In this document: positions 45,471-58,390 of the stretch, piece by piece
How the letters are laid out: each line of letters starts with the position of its first letter
Position numbering within the stretch: position 1 is the stretch's first letter
Assembly: GCA_017654855.1 (NCBI GenBank)
Contig: CM030337.1
Span: 2,480,001-2,544,000 of the forward strand
Reading direction: 5' to 3'
Source: Podospora anserina
Taxonomy: Eukaryota
DNA: 64,000 bases
Notes under the pieces: generated by a model
Databases searched by the model: none
What the model was told of the DNA's origin: nothing
Seen by the model: only the letters and a program-made list of their open reading frames with translations
Position numbers and translations under genes: made by a program

Positions 45471-48463
45471 TTACATGTCAGAACCCTCAAATACATCGTC
45501 ATCGTCATATTCGCCAACCGCATGTTGGCCCCACGGCTCATCAAGAACCCGGCTGGCTCGTTCCAATATCTTCCGCCCCCCAAGCAATTCCTCAAACATG
45601 GCGATTCTATCCTCCAACGACATCATCAGAAACTTCGGCAATCCATATGACTGCCCTCTCTTGCCTCCTACGGCCAAGTCATCTGCCGGGACAGGCAGCC
45701 TTTTGAGAATGACCTGGGCGGCAAACACGTTCATGCCTGCCCGGAAGAGAAAGGCCTCGTGGTGAGTTTCCGGAGGAGTCACCAAGCTCCTCACATCAGC
45801 TTGCTCGCTGGCATGGTCACAGATCGTCTTCGCCACCCACTTCGCCAGCGTCTCGGTTCCTCCTCCCACATACAACACACGCACCTCTGTGTCCAAACCG
45901 CCCACAAATCCCTGAAACTCGGCCAGCGCCTTTGCATCTGACTGAGACAGCGGTGTCATCGCCTCATTGAACTTGTTGCCCTCAGACACAAAGACGATCA
46001 ACCGCTCGTACCGCAAAGCAGCATTCTGGACCACGCCGTGATAGTTCACTGTCTTGTCCGGTTGGCCTGGCATGGGCCTTTGACGCAGTTTTACCATGGT
46101 CAGCAGCATAATCCCAGTGGCAGGGGATATTGTCAAGTCAGCATCGTCAAGGTTAGGCGAACGCAGGCCTGGGAACCATGTAGCTGGTCGGTGAAGTTTG
46201 TAGTCGCGACGTACAATCTCTATTCCGGGGAGGAGCTTCGCTAAGAACTGCGCCATCGGGCCAACCGCCGTGAAGGATGCAACTATTCTGGGCCGCTGTT
46301 CCGGAGGCGCAATGTCTGGAGCAGCTGCTGGGATCTCAGGAAGAGCAGGGAGCGACTCCGCTGGTTGTGTGGCCCCGAATAGTTTATTGACCCGATAGCT
46401 GGGATGGCCGCTGTTGGATCGGTCTGTTACAGCGCGGAAGTTGACCGCAACAAAAGAATCGAGCAACGTTCTGAAGTCAGGGTATTCTTGCACAAGCCCC
46501 CGGAATAGATCTGTTGTTGGGACCGGCGGGAGGTTATCACCTTCAGCTAGGCCGAGCATGCGGCGCGTTGGTGGGTGGGCAGATGGCCTTGGTATTGGCC
46601 GTATCTCTATGGGAGCTGCTCGAAGTCTTTTTTGGCCGGCCAAAACCGCAACGGGACCTGGGACCGGCGGCTCCACTACACCATCTTCGACTGGCCGGGC
46701 TCGGTGTGTGACTGTTGTCCTGGACAGTGGTTCGCTCGAGCTCCCATCTTCTCGATTCGCACGTGAAGTGGTCAATGTCGGGTCTCCCGTGGAGGACAAA
46801 GGGAGTAATTCTTCATCGTCGTCAAGATGCATCTGCAAGATCATCAGTCCTGGTTTCTTGTGCACCAGGTCTTCACTTGTCACCACATGTTCGTCTTCTC
46901 CATGTCCTAGGAAGTGGTCAAGGTGCCCCTGGTCTACCTTGATGGCCTCAGGTGCAAATGTCTTTGCTTTCATATGCGCCATAGGCGTCCAGACCATCCG
47001 CTGCTCAGCCGCTCTGTTGTGACCCCACTTGGTCCCTTGCCAGTCGACGTCGGTTGTCCCTCGAATAAAGCCGAATTGTGCCCTGGCGCTCTGGAGCTGT
47101 TGCTCCCATGCCGGGGTCGGCAACGAGAAGTCCATGAGAGGAACTGAAACCCGGGCTATGGCGTCAAGTGGCTCGAGTCTTTCCTGTTCAGCGTACCGCA
47201 CGAGCGTGGCAGCCTTGTCGTCAAAGAACCTTGAAAGATGGCGTTCCTCCTCATAGATCTCTGGGGACATGCTTCTTGGCTCAGTCAGAACACCTGCATG
47301 TGTAAGGTCTTCGAGCCACAAGGCATCGTCAGGTTGCGAGTGCGGAAGAGGTGGAAATATTGGCACGTCGAGATACGGGTGCTCGGAGAGCGGGTGGTGT
47401 ATCGGTGGCAGCACTGATGACTCAAAGAGCCCACCTCTTATCATGTCCGTGATGTCCATATCATCAGAGCGGTCAGGTGAGATTTGAGCTGTCGACGCCT
47501 CATCCCAAAAAATCTCGTCTTGCCGAAGAAGCTTGTTTTCCGCAACCCGGATCTCTTCACTGATGTCAGAAAATGGAGAAGAAGGTTGCGGAACCCGACA
47601 TGTCTCTTCATCAGGAACAAACAGATCGTCGAATGGTTCCAGCATAGGACTCAGGGGCGGTGACAGAGGCTCTGTAGCTCCAAAACTTGGAAGCTTCACA
47701 CAATGTTAGCATCTAGGCCAACCCACGAAGCTGCCGAACTTACACCATGATAAGTGCTGTTACTAGCCAACAGATCCCTCTGATCTTTGTCGATCCACTC
47801 CGTCTTGAGAATCTGCACAAGATATCCTACTGTCTCCTTTGTAACCTCGAGCGGCTCAGTTGCAGCCTTCTTCAACAATTCCTTCTCCATGGCATTTGCA
47901 TTTTCGGCAAACTCAAGCCCTTCACCCTCGGCCACATCGGCATCATCCAGGGGAAGGCCGTGGTCTGGCAGCGTGTCCTTCCGGAAAGAGGTGACTCTCC
48001 GTCTCAACCTGTGGCAGTCGCTATTGTGGTCGCTTCGAATGATGGGGGGTTCGAGCTTGAGCTGTTTCATGCTAGGGGTTTCTTCCAAGCACAATTCTTC
48101 CATCAGATCGGTAACCTCAATCGTAGTGCATCGTTGAAAGGTCTGTTGAAGCAGTTGCATTGACTCAGCCGGCACCTGCCATTGCTCCGGTGCGGGGATG
48201 ATGGGGCGGAAGGCGCATTCTTGCAGTGTTCCATTTTCGATCAAATGACTGGGTTGGACGTCGACAATGGTGGCAGCAATGGTGCCGGTTTCGTCGAGAA
48301 TGTCGGACCAGGGGTCAATACCGGGGAATGTGAGGCCATGGTGGAGGGCATATTCGTCCGCCTCCATGTGTACTGGTGAAACCTCGGTCGGCGGGGAGGA
48401 GGGACCTGGACTCCAGGATGAGCCATCCAGAGAGAACAGGTTAGACTCTGAGGTGAAGTCCAT
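45471..48463 (-). CDS. Large protein with C-terminal XPF/ERCC4-like and HhH-like region; probable meiotic Zip2/SHOC1 homologue; intron 47743-47694
   Basis: The two long ORFs join in phase through GTAAGT...GCTAAC...AAG. C-terminal ADLTISPATGIML, RYERLIVFV and FLFRAGMNVFAAQVIL resemble nuclease-dead XPF-like domains. The family assignment is from motif recall. Confidence 0.6.
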
Positions 48464-48855
48464 GTTGCTTGCCGTGTTGGGACAGCCACGCTGCCATGCT
48501 TTGGTTCATTCGGAAGTTGCTTCGGAAGAGTTGCGAGAGGTCTATTAGAACAAAGCTTCCTTGTGTGGGTCAGATCAGCCACAGTGTGGCTCTGAAAACA
48601 TATCGAGGGCACCGAGGGGAAGGCACGACCATATTTGCCTATAACCCACCTTCCTAGTAAAGTTCAGATATATGACGCAAGCAGAACAGTCGAACACGTC
48701 GGGGAAAATATTCTAGGAGGGTGGGTGCTCGATATATTGACTCTGCCATGGATCTTGTACTGTATTCATCTTGCATTGTATAAGGTAATCTATGACATGA
48801 TCTCCCTGCCATGGCACACTCTGATGCCCATCACCGATGCAGCCTCAACAAAGAA

Positions 48856-50385
48856 TCACGTAGTTGACGGTTCTCTGGGTCGACCAGCGGAGAAAAATGA
48901 CATCTGGCCAGGTGGTGGGGAGGTTATTGTAGCGGATGCTGGGCCAGTTGCTTCGTTGGCCACGCGCGTCTCAAGAGATGTGGAGATATCGGTTGGTTGA
49001 ACAACAGCAAGACCCTCGTTAGAAGTGCTCAATACATCAAATGACACACTGGTGTCCAACGTCGTGGCCAAACAACAACAGCCTGCCGAAGACTCCGAAG
49101 AGGCAGCTTTCTCATTTTCAACACTTTCAATGCTGGCATATCTGTTAGCCTCCTTGGCCTCTAGCACGGAGACTACACCAACCGCAAGCGAGCCTGTGGC
49201 GACGAGAAAGCCAATCAAAACAAGAACAAGCCCAAGGAGTGCGATCCAAAAGGTCCACCATTCGCGAAGGTTCCGTCGGTCTCGCCAAAAACCCAGGATG
49301 GTCTGGGGAGAGGCACGATTGTAGGTGTCTTCAAGCGCCAAGAGTCGGGCCTGCCAGATGCGAAAGCTGTCAACCTGCCTTGACACGGGCATGATGGTGG
49401 GAACCCACATCTGGTCGCTCGGCTCGGTGGTGTTTGCTGAGGAGTCGATAGTGTTGTGCCAGCTTGTTTCATCTATGATGTGAAGTGTGCGTCGGTATTC
49501 CGGCCATTCAAAACCACCACCCCCATCTCGCTGTTCATCGAACCACGAGGCTGTGTCGAGGTCCTCGACGGGTATGAGTAAGCCCAGTGTCTTGAGGGTT
49601 TCCTCTGCAAGCTCCCGGTATGGGTGCTGGCCCCCAGCTGCGTATAGCCACATTTGTCTCAGCACAGTTGCGTGATGAAAAACGTAGCTTGATGGCTTGC
49701 TTTTTCGAAACTTTGACAACAAGATGCTCCAAAATGTCATTTGTCCATACGATGTGGAAGGACGTGAGCCTCATCATGTGCTGGGGGAAAAAGGTGTCTG
49801 CAAAGACACGCGCATTTCGCTGGCCGGGTTGACTTCCCGATGAGGGTTTTTCAAGAATTCCAAGATATTTGGCCATCCTCTCAATAGCTATTGAAGGATC
49901 CTGTTGAGGGTTGTCAAGGCTATGGGCGTTGCCGAGTTTGATGAAGTATCGGTCTTGTGGCGTCAAGGGCGATATGATAGCCATCACAGCCTCGTACAGT
50001 GTCTTATCTCCATCCCACGCAAAGCCACTTCCCTCTCCATTCCAAAACTGAACATGAGCCATAGGCGTGCGGCCAGATCTAAAGAGTTGTTAAGGCGCCT
50101 GGTCTGGTCGAAGTCAGTACCGCCCGAGTAGGTACCTACGTTCGGTACATAGGTACCGATGAAGGTCACCCAAGAAACAGAATAGCTTACATTGTGGCCA
50201 TGAGGAAAATCGTGGCGATCTTGTTGTGCGATGTCAGACTTTGTCACCCCAGAGGAGTCTCGTAAGATTCTAAAGAGGTCAAACAAGTCGCCAAAATTTT
50301 CGAGTACGTGGTCTTGAGGTTGAATTTGTACGGTAGATATTGTTCTTCAAGGCCGGTTGCATGGCCGGGGGGGTACGCCGTTCAT
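48856..50385 (-). pseudogene. Frameshifted pseudogene of a fungal family with C-terminal WRDRRN..WWTFW plus TM helix
   Basis: Coherent motifs are spread over three frames: NNSLDLAARLWLMF / IVWTNDILEHL / YVFHHATVL...EETLKTLGLLIP...WRDRRNLREWWTFW. Frameshifts at ~50045 and ~49690, an in-frame TGA near 50348, and a likely intron 50190-50104. Confidence 0.7.
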
Positions 50386-52983
50386 CTTCAGGAGTTCCTG
50401 GAAAGATTAATAGCCTGAACCTCGATAAGGGGGGAGGAGGAGAGGGGGTTCCGCCATAATCTTCCGGCGTGCAAACCGTGGTGGTGTTCGTGGTTCGTAC
50501 AGATAAAGCTAGATGGCTGCCGAACTTGTAAGTGAGGCCGAGATGGGTAGGTCCTCACATCCATCGCACCATATTTCCTGCCCACAGCAGACATGCCGCT
50601 CTTATTCAGTTGGAACCGGAATATGCAGTAGACTCTACCGCTATTTATTCCCAAACACGAACCGCCGCGTCTTGAACCAATGTGATTTGCGTGTTCTCAC
50701 AAGTGGGGGCCACACCAAGCTCTCCCGCTCCAGCTGCCCTCCAGCCTGCCTCAACTTTTAGGCTGGGTAAGCATCTTAGCGTTGCATCACATGATCACAT
50801 GCAGTGTGGCGTGCAGTCCATCTGTGATGCTCACCCGTCACCATAGATCTCACAGCGCTAATCACCATGCTCAGAGCCTTGTGATCATTGGTATCGTCCC
50901 AGCCACTTAATTGTTTGCGTCGATGGGTTTGAGCTGGCTTCTGGTGTGCCAGTATGGGATTGCCAATTGCCTTTTGTGGAGGAAGAAAGTGAAAATGTGT
51001 AAGGTGCCCTAACAGTGTTGTTTGAGGGGGCTGTGTTGGAAGAAGTGTAAAAGGTGGGGAAATGTGCCTCATGATTAATGCTGCTGGTATCAGAAATGAG
51101 GCGGGAGGCCTGGTCACCGTTATTTGCAGCGCTGCAGCGCACTTCTTCCTTCTGACTTGGAACTCCCATCTTGCCTTGTATAATCGGTTTCTGTCACTTG
51201 TGCTTTCTGCCTCTTGCCATCTCCCCCGCCTCTGGCGTCAAAATGCGACTCCGACGTAGTTCGATAGACAAAGGGCAATTCCGAACAATTGTAAGATTGT
51301 CTCCTACCATGCCGACGGACTACGTATTTCGCATGTGCACATCGACCCATCGTTCACATGCAATCGGCGACGATAGGCCCGAACAACGCGACTGGCAGAT
51401 AGTTGCTTTCGGCAGAAATGAAGTTACCTCGCTCGACAGTGAAGCCAAAAAAGGTGTTCGCAAGCTTCCTACCACGGCTGATCTCGATTGAACGAAATAT
51501 TCCACTTTCCTCCATCAAGCAGAACACACCTGCGGCGAGGATTCCGAGCACCACGATAGCTGGCTACCGAGTTACCAGAACAGACAAAGCGAACGATAAG
51601 GGTGTGGAAGCGATAGTCATGTGGAGCAGCTCGCCTCCATTTGCAAAAGAGCTGAAGAAACAGATACTACGGACACGCACTCTGGAATCCAGGAGAAGGA
51701 AATTTACAGTTGTTGTTCCGAGTTCGGAGGAGGTACCGCAGTGGTATTGCCACTCTGATATAGCAAGGGGCGGACCCGATCCACTGGGATACCGACGGAT
51801 ACGAGTCGGTCCCGAGTCTCGCTCACGGCGGAGGAATAGCACCACCAAGTGGGTTCTAATGCGTCTCTTTCGACCATTAACGCACCTTGTCAGTATGCTG
51901 AGTACGCTCTCTGGTGGCTCACGCCGGCGAAAGTCGAAAGAGCGGGATAAAGAACTGGGATATACATAGGGATAATCACGATATTTGGCTCATGTGTAGC
52001 CTTGCCAATACTCTCGCCCCGCGCTGGCTATCCCATCTATAAAGGCACATTGTATCTTCATCAACCGACTCTTCAACTGAGCGATGGACAAGAACACACG
52101 GCCTGTTCCTCTTGATCATCGGCCTCTTAGTAGTCTTAGTATCACTCTTCCTCACCAGCTTGGCAACCTAAGAGTCATCAGTTCCAAATGACTAAGGGTC
52201 GGCAAGCAAGGGCCATAAATCGGCTTTGACGTAGGACAACATCTCCACTCCCAAGGAAACATGCGCATCATGCTGCCTCTGAATCATGTGGAGCTTTCGA
52301 AACCCAGTAATCATTAGCCCGCATCGAGGAAATGGTATTCTTTTTGTGGTACCTGAAATTACCAGAAGGCACAATGTCCTGAATTGCCAACTCGGGGGAA
52401 ACAACCGCTCTGATTGCCACAGACTTACTGACCTCCGTCCCACCAACCACTGTGAAATAGTAGACCGCTGCTAACACCAGCATGACGATGACGAGTCATC
52501 TCCCAAATTGTTCATTGATTGTGGCCGTTATAGGGCTTTCTTGATTTGCCAAAATACCTACGTTGCAGTACCGAGATGGGAAGCAAGGTATCCAGGCCGG
52601 GTGTTAGTCGTAGCACAAATGCTGTTAGCAGAGGGATTCATGCTTGAAGTTGTGCTGGTAGCGGCAGCTCTATCTGATGACAAGTGCACTGATAAGTAGG
52701 TATTTGAAAAGTGAGAAACGGATTCCAGCTTGTAGACCTTGGGTGCCATTGGCGCTCTATCAACACTACCTCAACATCTTACACATCTGGACGTCCCATC
52801 TTCTTCCAAAATGTTTCGTACCAAGTTCTATACACGCGGAGACCTGCGTTATGCCATCTCCATGCCGTCAAAATGCTTCCGTAGCCTGATAATTATTGTT
52901 GATTTGCTTGGGGTTGCCTGACAGCATCAAATCATGGAAGCTGCCGTGCGTAAGTTGCTGGGACTGTGAACCTGTCTCATTTG

Positions 52984-53346
52984 TTAGAACATGAGCATAG
53001 GTAGTAGAGGGTGTAAAAGATGACCGGCAGGCACTATGCTCCCTGGCAACTGAGAGATTACATACTCATATTCCTCCTGCACCCCCTCACCCAGGCGTGA
53101 AGTTCTACGAGTGAACCCAATCCTTGTTCTGGAGATGGTCTGATGTCCTGGAGGATTGTGTAATGGCAGCGGTGAGCTTTTCTGGACTCTTGCTGCTTGG
53201 AGATGTTTGTAGGAAAGGTAGGCCGTTGCCATCGTCAGCAAGGAGGCAATGATTCCAAAAACAATGACTTGAATACTCTGGGACTGTGGTGATGTCCACA
53301 CTGGTGTGCTGGTGGGGTCGTGATCTTCTGTATTGGAAACAGCCAT
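52984..53346 (-). CDS. Small hypothetical single-pass membrane protein (120 aa)
   Basis: AAC-ATG-G start; TM IQVIVFGIIASLLTMATAYLSY followed by a basic residue. Confidence 0.45.
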   Translation of the reverse strand: MAVSNTEDHDPTSTPVWTSPQSQSIQVIVFGIIASLLTMATAYLSYKHLQAARVQKSSPLPLHNPPGHQTISRTRIGFTRRTSRLGEGVQEEYEYVISQLPGSIVPAGHLLHPLLPMLMF

Positions 53347-54303
53347 GTTGTAGAACACAATGGTCAATGATCAGAGCAACACACATGGTGAACCAGGGAT
53401 AGGTGATTAGAAAACAGAGGGGGATCAGGAGTGTTTAAATCTAGGTAATTGAACATATCCATTGCGAGGTGAAGGTGTGATGATGCGGACAGATCTGAGG
53501 GGACCAATCGCAACCTGGGAAGATCAGAACCCGGTAACGCCCTGGGCGACATAAGGAGTCCTGTCAAGCTAAGGTATCTTTACTCTTGCGTTGCTACAAG
53601 GTGCCGGCATTTTACTGTAATGATCGTTGCTCATTCCCACAGCCTCACCGAACAGCAATCGCGAGGGCAGTGCACATCAGCACAGTCGACAGCATGTGTG
53701 ATAACATAGGTACATCCATGGGTAACCTGTCCCCGATGGTGGACTGAGACAAGTATCCAGCGGGGGCGTTCAGTCGTTGCATAATGGCTGGCCCTTACTG
53801 AGAAGGTACGAGTAAGATGCGACGAGTGCAAGCAGGTGCGATATGTGCGGCATGTGCGACAGCAGGTGACACAAGTGCATCAAGTGCGACAGGTGCGATA
53901 CTTGATGATGCTTGAGGCTGCCCTGCGCCACCACAGCATGGTTTGGAGTTGCACCAGCACATGCACATCATCACCAAATAAAACGAGTGAAAGATGGCTG
54001 ACCGGATAAACCTATGTCAGCGGTACTTATAAAGGCACCTCAGTGCCCAAGACCTTTCCCAATACATTGCCTACCTTCATCAACCCCCCGGGAGCCAATT
54101 CCAGACGAACTTGCACCACGCCAGCTGTGGGAATCCCCTTTTTTCTGGATTGCGACACCAAATATCTCTCATTTGGGACTGTGGTCCTCTATACTGCCTC
54201 CCTCAAGCTTGACGCCGCTGATATCTGGGTGCGAGGCACTAATTGCCTCCTTCTCACTGGCAACAGGAGCATTATGGAAGAGTGGCAAATCCAGCCACAA
54301 ACG

Positions 54304-56472
54304 ATGAATCCTACTGGGCCATTGGGGCGGGGCTCCCGTGGGAAGCTCGACCTCGCGAAATGCGATCACTGCCGTAAAGATAGAAAGAAGGTGAGTAAAT
54401 ATTTCACCTCTTTATAACGTGCACTTTAGGACTTTGGAAAACGGAAGTAGCTACTATAAACCAACCTCTGTTTCTGCTTCTTTTCTCTTTGACTAACCCG
54501 CCGAACAGTGCACACCACAACCACGCCAATGGCCTCAGAGATGCGATCGTTGCGAAGACAAAGGCTTCAAGTGCTCGCCCAGCACACAGGCTCGCAAGCG
54601 AAGAAGAGAAAACCCAAGAGGCCTCCTGCTCTCGGCAAGCTTCCTTCCTCAGGACCGCCCATCGACTCATCCTTGTGACGATTGGACCCATGCAGATTTG
54701 TATGCAACCCCTACATGTCCCAGAGTAAGCGTTTGCTGACAGACTTCAGGTCGGACGCGATTAGCTTCTTGAAGATTTTGTATCGAGTGAGAACGAAAAT
54801 ATCCCTTTGGGAAAAGGATCTAGGTACTATATACGTGCGGGAGGACATTACAACCCTTTGCAACATCGGGTGTGAATTCGTTACTGTCATAGAGACTCTC
54901 CATGAGAATCTCCTCGAACACATCGCTTCTAAAATTGCTGGTCTTTCGACCGGACAAAACGATTCGCATAACACGGCGTTAGAGGCCTCCAGATTACACC
55001 TTGCGGCCTGCAGCATCCTGCAAGCCAAAAACACCGAATGGAATGAGAAAGACTACGAATCTTTCTCTGTTACCGAATCCACCCTCATCAATTCGATGAT
55101 CAAGAGTAACCTTCTCAACGACGAGATAGGTGCTGTTTTGATCTTGGAGGATGAGCTTTTGGCCAAGAGGGCACATAACCGCAAAGACAGCTTACATGCC
55201 GTCGAAACCCTCGCCAGTCGATTTGAAAAGTTCCGTCCTGTCATGGAGAAACTCTGGAACTGGTGCACGGTGCCATCCAAGGCAACTAATCTACGGTACG
55301 GAGGGATGTCTGTAATTGAAAGGTTTCGAAATGCTTCCGTCATTGACGTCAATGCTACTTGGATTCGAACATTGGTCATGGAAAAGGCTACCTGGAGCCT
55401 GCAGGACTGTCTTGGCGCCCCCATTCTGCATGGTATTCTTCGAGGACTTGGTCGAGGGCTGTGGACCCCATCACGAGAAGAGGAAAAGTACCTATACAGC
55501 AACATTGGCCCTTACTGTGCCCAACACAATCCGGCAGACATTCTCGGTCGCTCTGCCATACACATTGCCGCTCAATACAACGTACCTGGAGCTGTCACAG
55601 CTCTACTTGAGTCAGGTATCAATCCCGACCAGGAGGCCGACAACGGGATGCTCGCACTGCACTTGGCAGCCGCCTCAGGACATTTGGAGGCTTGCAAAGT
55701 TCTCCTGAACCATGTCGAGAAATTCTGGTCCTTTGATCACCTCGACATGACTGCTCTAGACTATGCTTTACGCAATGGCAATCGGGATATTGTCAGGCTT
55801 TTATTGGAGAATGGCGATGGGGATTACGCCGTCGCGAGCATTTCGTGGATGGCACTAACTGCTGCAATGGGGCAATGTAAAACCTTTGGTGTGTGCACAG
55901 AGGTTTTGAATTGGTACGAAATGGCATTTTCCCCTGCCTCCCTTGACACTTTCCAGGATGACAGTGGAGATACGGTGTTACATGTCGCAGTTCTTGCGGG
56001 CAATCTCGAGGTTGTTCAGGAGCTTGCAAAACGGAGTGCCAAGTGGCGCCGGGGCTCGATCAACCTACAAGATGAAGACGGCCGAACAGCGCTATGCTTA
56101 GCGGTGCGGACACAAAGAGGAAAGGACTGGTTAGCTATCATCCGGACTCTTTTAGGGATTGATGGGATTGACATCGACGTTCGGGATCACAAGGGAAAGG
56201 CGCCAATGGATTATGCAAAAGAATACGAACTATCTCTTGTGGTGCGCATGTTGGAAAATAAGCAGAATGCATCAACTCGAGGAGAGGCCACCAATCCCAG
56301 TCAACACTGCCTGCAGACAACTCATTCTGTGCCAGAGGGTGTCGCTTTACCTATACCTTCGCAGCAACCACTTCACCTCCTGCCTCCTCTTGCTTCAGAA
56401 CCAGGGTATTGGTCGCAAGGTTATTCTCCTCATTTCTCCCAAGACAACAACAACAACAACCAACCATTCTGA
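54304..56472 (+). CDS. Zn(II)2Cys6 cluster - ankyrin repeat fusion protein; introns 54391-54508, 54700-54749 (alternative ATG 54274)
   Basis: Spliced CDHCRKDRKK|CTPQPRQWPQRCDRCEDKGFKC = CX2CX6CX10CX2CX6C, followed by basic RKRRRE. Ankyrin motifs GRSAIHIAA, GMLALHLAA, TALDYA, GDTVLHVAV, GRTALCLAV, GKAPMDYA. Both introns preserve the frame. Confidence 0.85.
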
Positions 56473-57460
56473 GCCTTCACCTTCATCCCACCTCGGTCAT
56501 ATACCATAATCAGGCCAGTTTCGTTGGTCTACATGTGCCCTGAGGATGGTCAACGGTGTTGTCGGGTCTGCCTTGAAGTCAGGGATGCGAGTTTATTAGT
56601 GTGGTTTCCTTTGCTTTTGTTGTTGCAGATCCATTCATCTGTGTTCAATTTCTTTCACGATATGAAAGGCCATGCTGAGGTTGGGATGAACATAATGCCG
56701 CCTTCAAGAAGCTCATGGGAGACTATGTAGCTACCTAGCTAAGCCTCTCTACTGATAGATCTCAGCGAGGGAAGTCGGTTTGCCTTATCAGAAGTCTCAG
56801 GTAGTCTGCTTACCAACCTTGGATAATACCGTTACGAAGTTCGTATAAATCGTATAAAACCTTGGATGCCTCAGGTAACAGGCTTCTTTGTAAGGTCGGG
56901 TATTTGAAGCTATTGAGAACCTTATGCCGGCAATCATCGGGAGGGCGCATCTCTTCGGCCTGCCCTTTTGCTGGAGGTGCAGGAATAGGTAACATCATGT
57001 AGGTAAGTCATGGCGCTATGCCCACTCAGACGCTTATGTCTTTGTGAGGTGTGGTTTAAGAAGATGGGAAATCTGCCAAGTGGCGTATCATGATCTGTGG
57101 TTGGTGGCTATGTTGGATGTGCAGTCCACTGTCCGCTAAGCATGTAAGAACATACCACCATCTGGAACCAACAGACCATTCCGGGAGTCAACTTTTCATG
57201 AGCGTGTGAAAGAGGCAGCTGAGGTGCCTAGAGGTGGCCCCCTGTGCTTGCTACCTTGGCGGACTGTGCCTTGCGCGACCAACTGCGCACCTCCCACACT
57301 TGAGCAGAGGCAGTTGGTGCGTTGGCGCCCTTTAGATCACAAGCTTCCAGCTCTCGTTCTGGCTATTGTGATATTTCTATTTTCTCTCTTTCCATGGCAC
57401 CCGGCATCTTGTTTCACCTCTTCAGAGCCACCCTGTACCATTTGAAGGACTATACCTAGT

Positions 57461-57993
57461 ATGGCTTACAGTTTACCTAACCTCAGACGTGCTCTCGACA
57501 ATGCAAACTAAGTCCTCGACAGGGCTTTTGAAACACCAACTTCACCCGATTTCATCGTGCCAAAAGACCAAGAAAGCCACTCCTCGCCCCGGAGGTGGGA
57601 AATTCGCGACATCTTGCAGCGCCCCAATCAAGGACTTACCGACGAGTGGGATGGCACTCGCAGAGCCGCATTCTCCGACTCGCACAGCTTTGACAAGGTA
57701 CTGAGTGGCATCACGATGCTGTTGAGTATGCCTCGATTCCGTGGGGTGCCGCTGCTGCTGATGGCCTCACTGTTCATCTTGCGATTTGGGTGCTGGGTTG
57801 TATGGGCCTGAACGATCAGCATCGTGACCTCGTTAGTCCTGAAGCAGTGGCGAGACTTACAGATTGGGCCCAGCACCGGGATTCAGAGAGTGGGACGGTC
57901 TATTACGAGAGTTTGATTTCGAAGCGAAGGAAAAACCAAGTAGATTGGGATCCAAGCAACTCTGAGTTCGCTAATATCCAAGGTTCCACCTGA
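57461..57993 (+). pseudogene. Possible degenerate gene remnant
   Basis: ATG 57461 MAYSLPNLRRALDNAN-TAA-VLDRAFETP...SFDK continues in frame past the stop. A putative phase-0 intron 57698-57819 joins it to HRDLVSPEAVARLTDW. Confidence 0.3.
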
Positions 57994-58390
57994 TAGAGTC
58001 GTCTAGCTCGTGGGCCACGGGCCTGACTGAAACTGTGTCCCACAGCTTCAGTTGACGCAGCTTCAGTCAGACAACAACTAGAAAACATGAATCTTGGCTT
58101 TGGATAATGGTACTAGATTGTTTGAAGACAATAGCAAAGTTGGTTCGAGACTCGAGTCCCACGGCGGGATGCCCGTACAGAAGACACATATTCCAGCAGT
58201 TCCAGTCCACAAACCCAGAAAACCAGAGTTCAATCCGAGCACTTTCGTTACTTCATTCAGACATTATAAAGACTTGGGCGTGATTCTTGGATACATCCAT
58301 CCCCCATGGAATAACTTGGCCTCTTTAACACACACCCATTCCTAAGGTACCTTACCTATTCTTCCCCAGATCTCCCCCCTTTCTCTTTAG

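Noticed and set aside
53817-53900. Degenerate ~9-bp GTGCGA-type repeats
   Set aside because: Short, irregular and without spacers; not CRISPR-like and no supported ORF.
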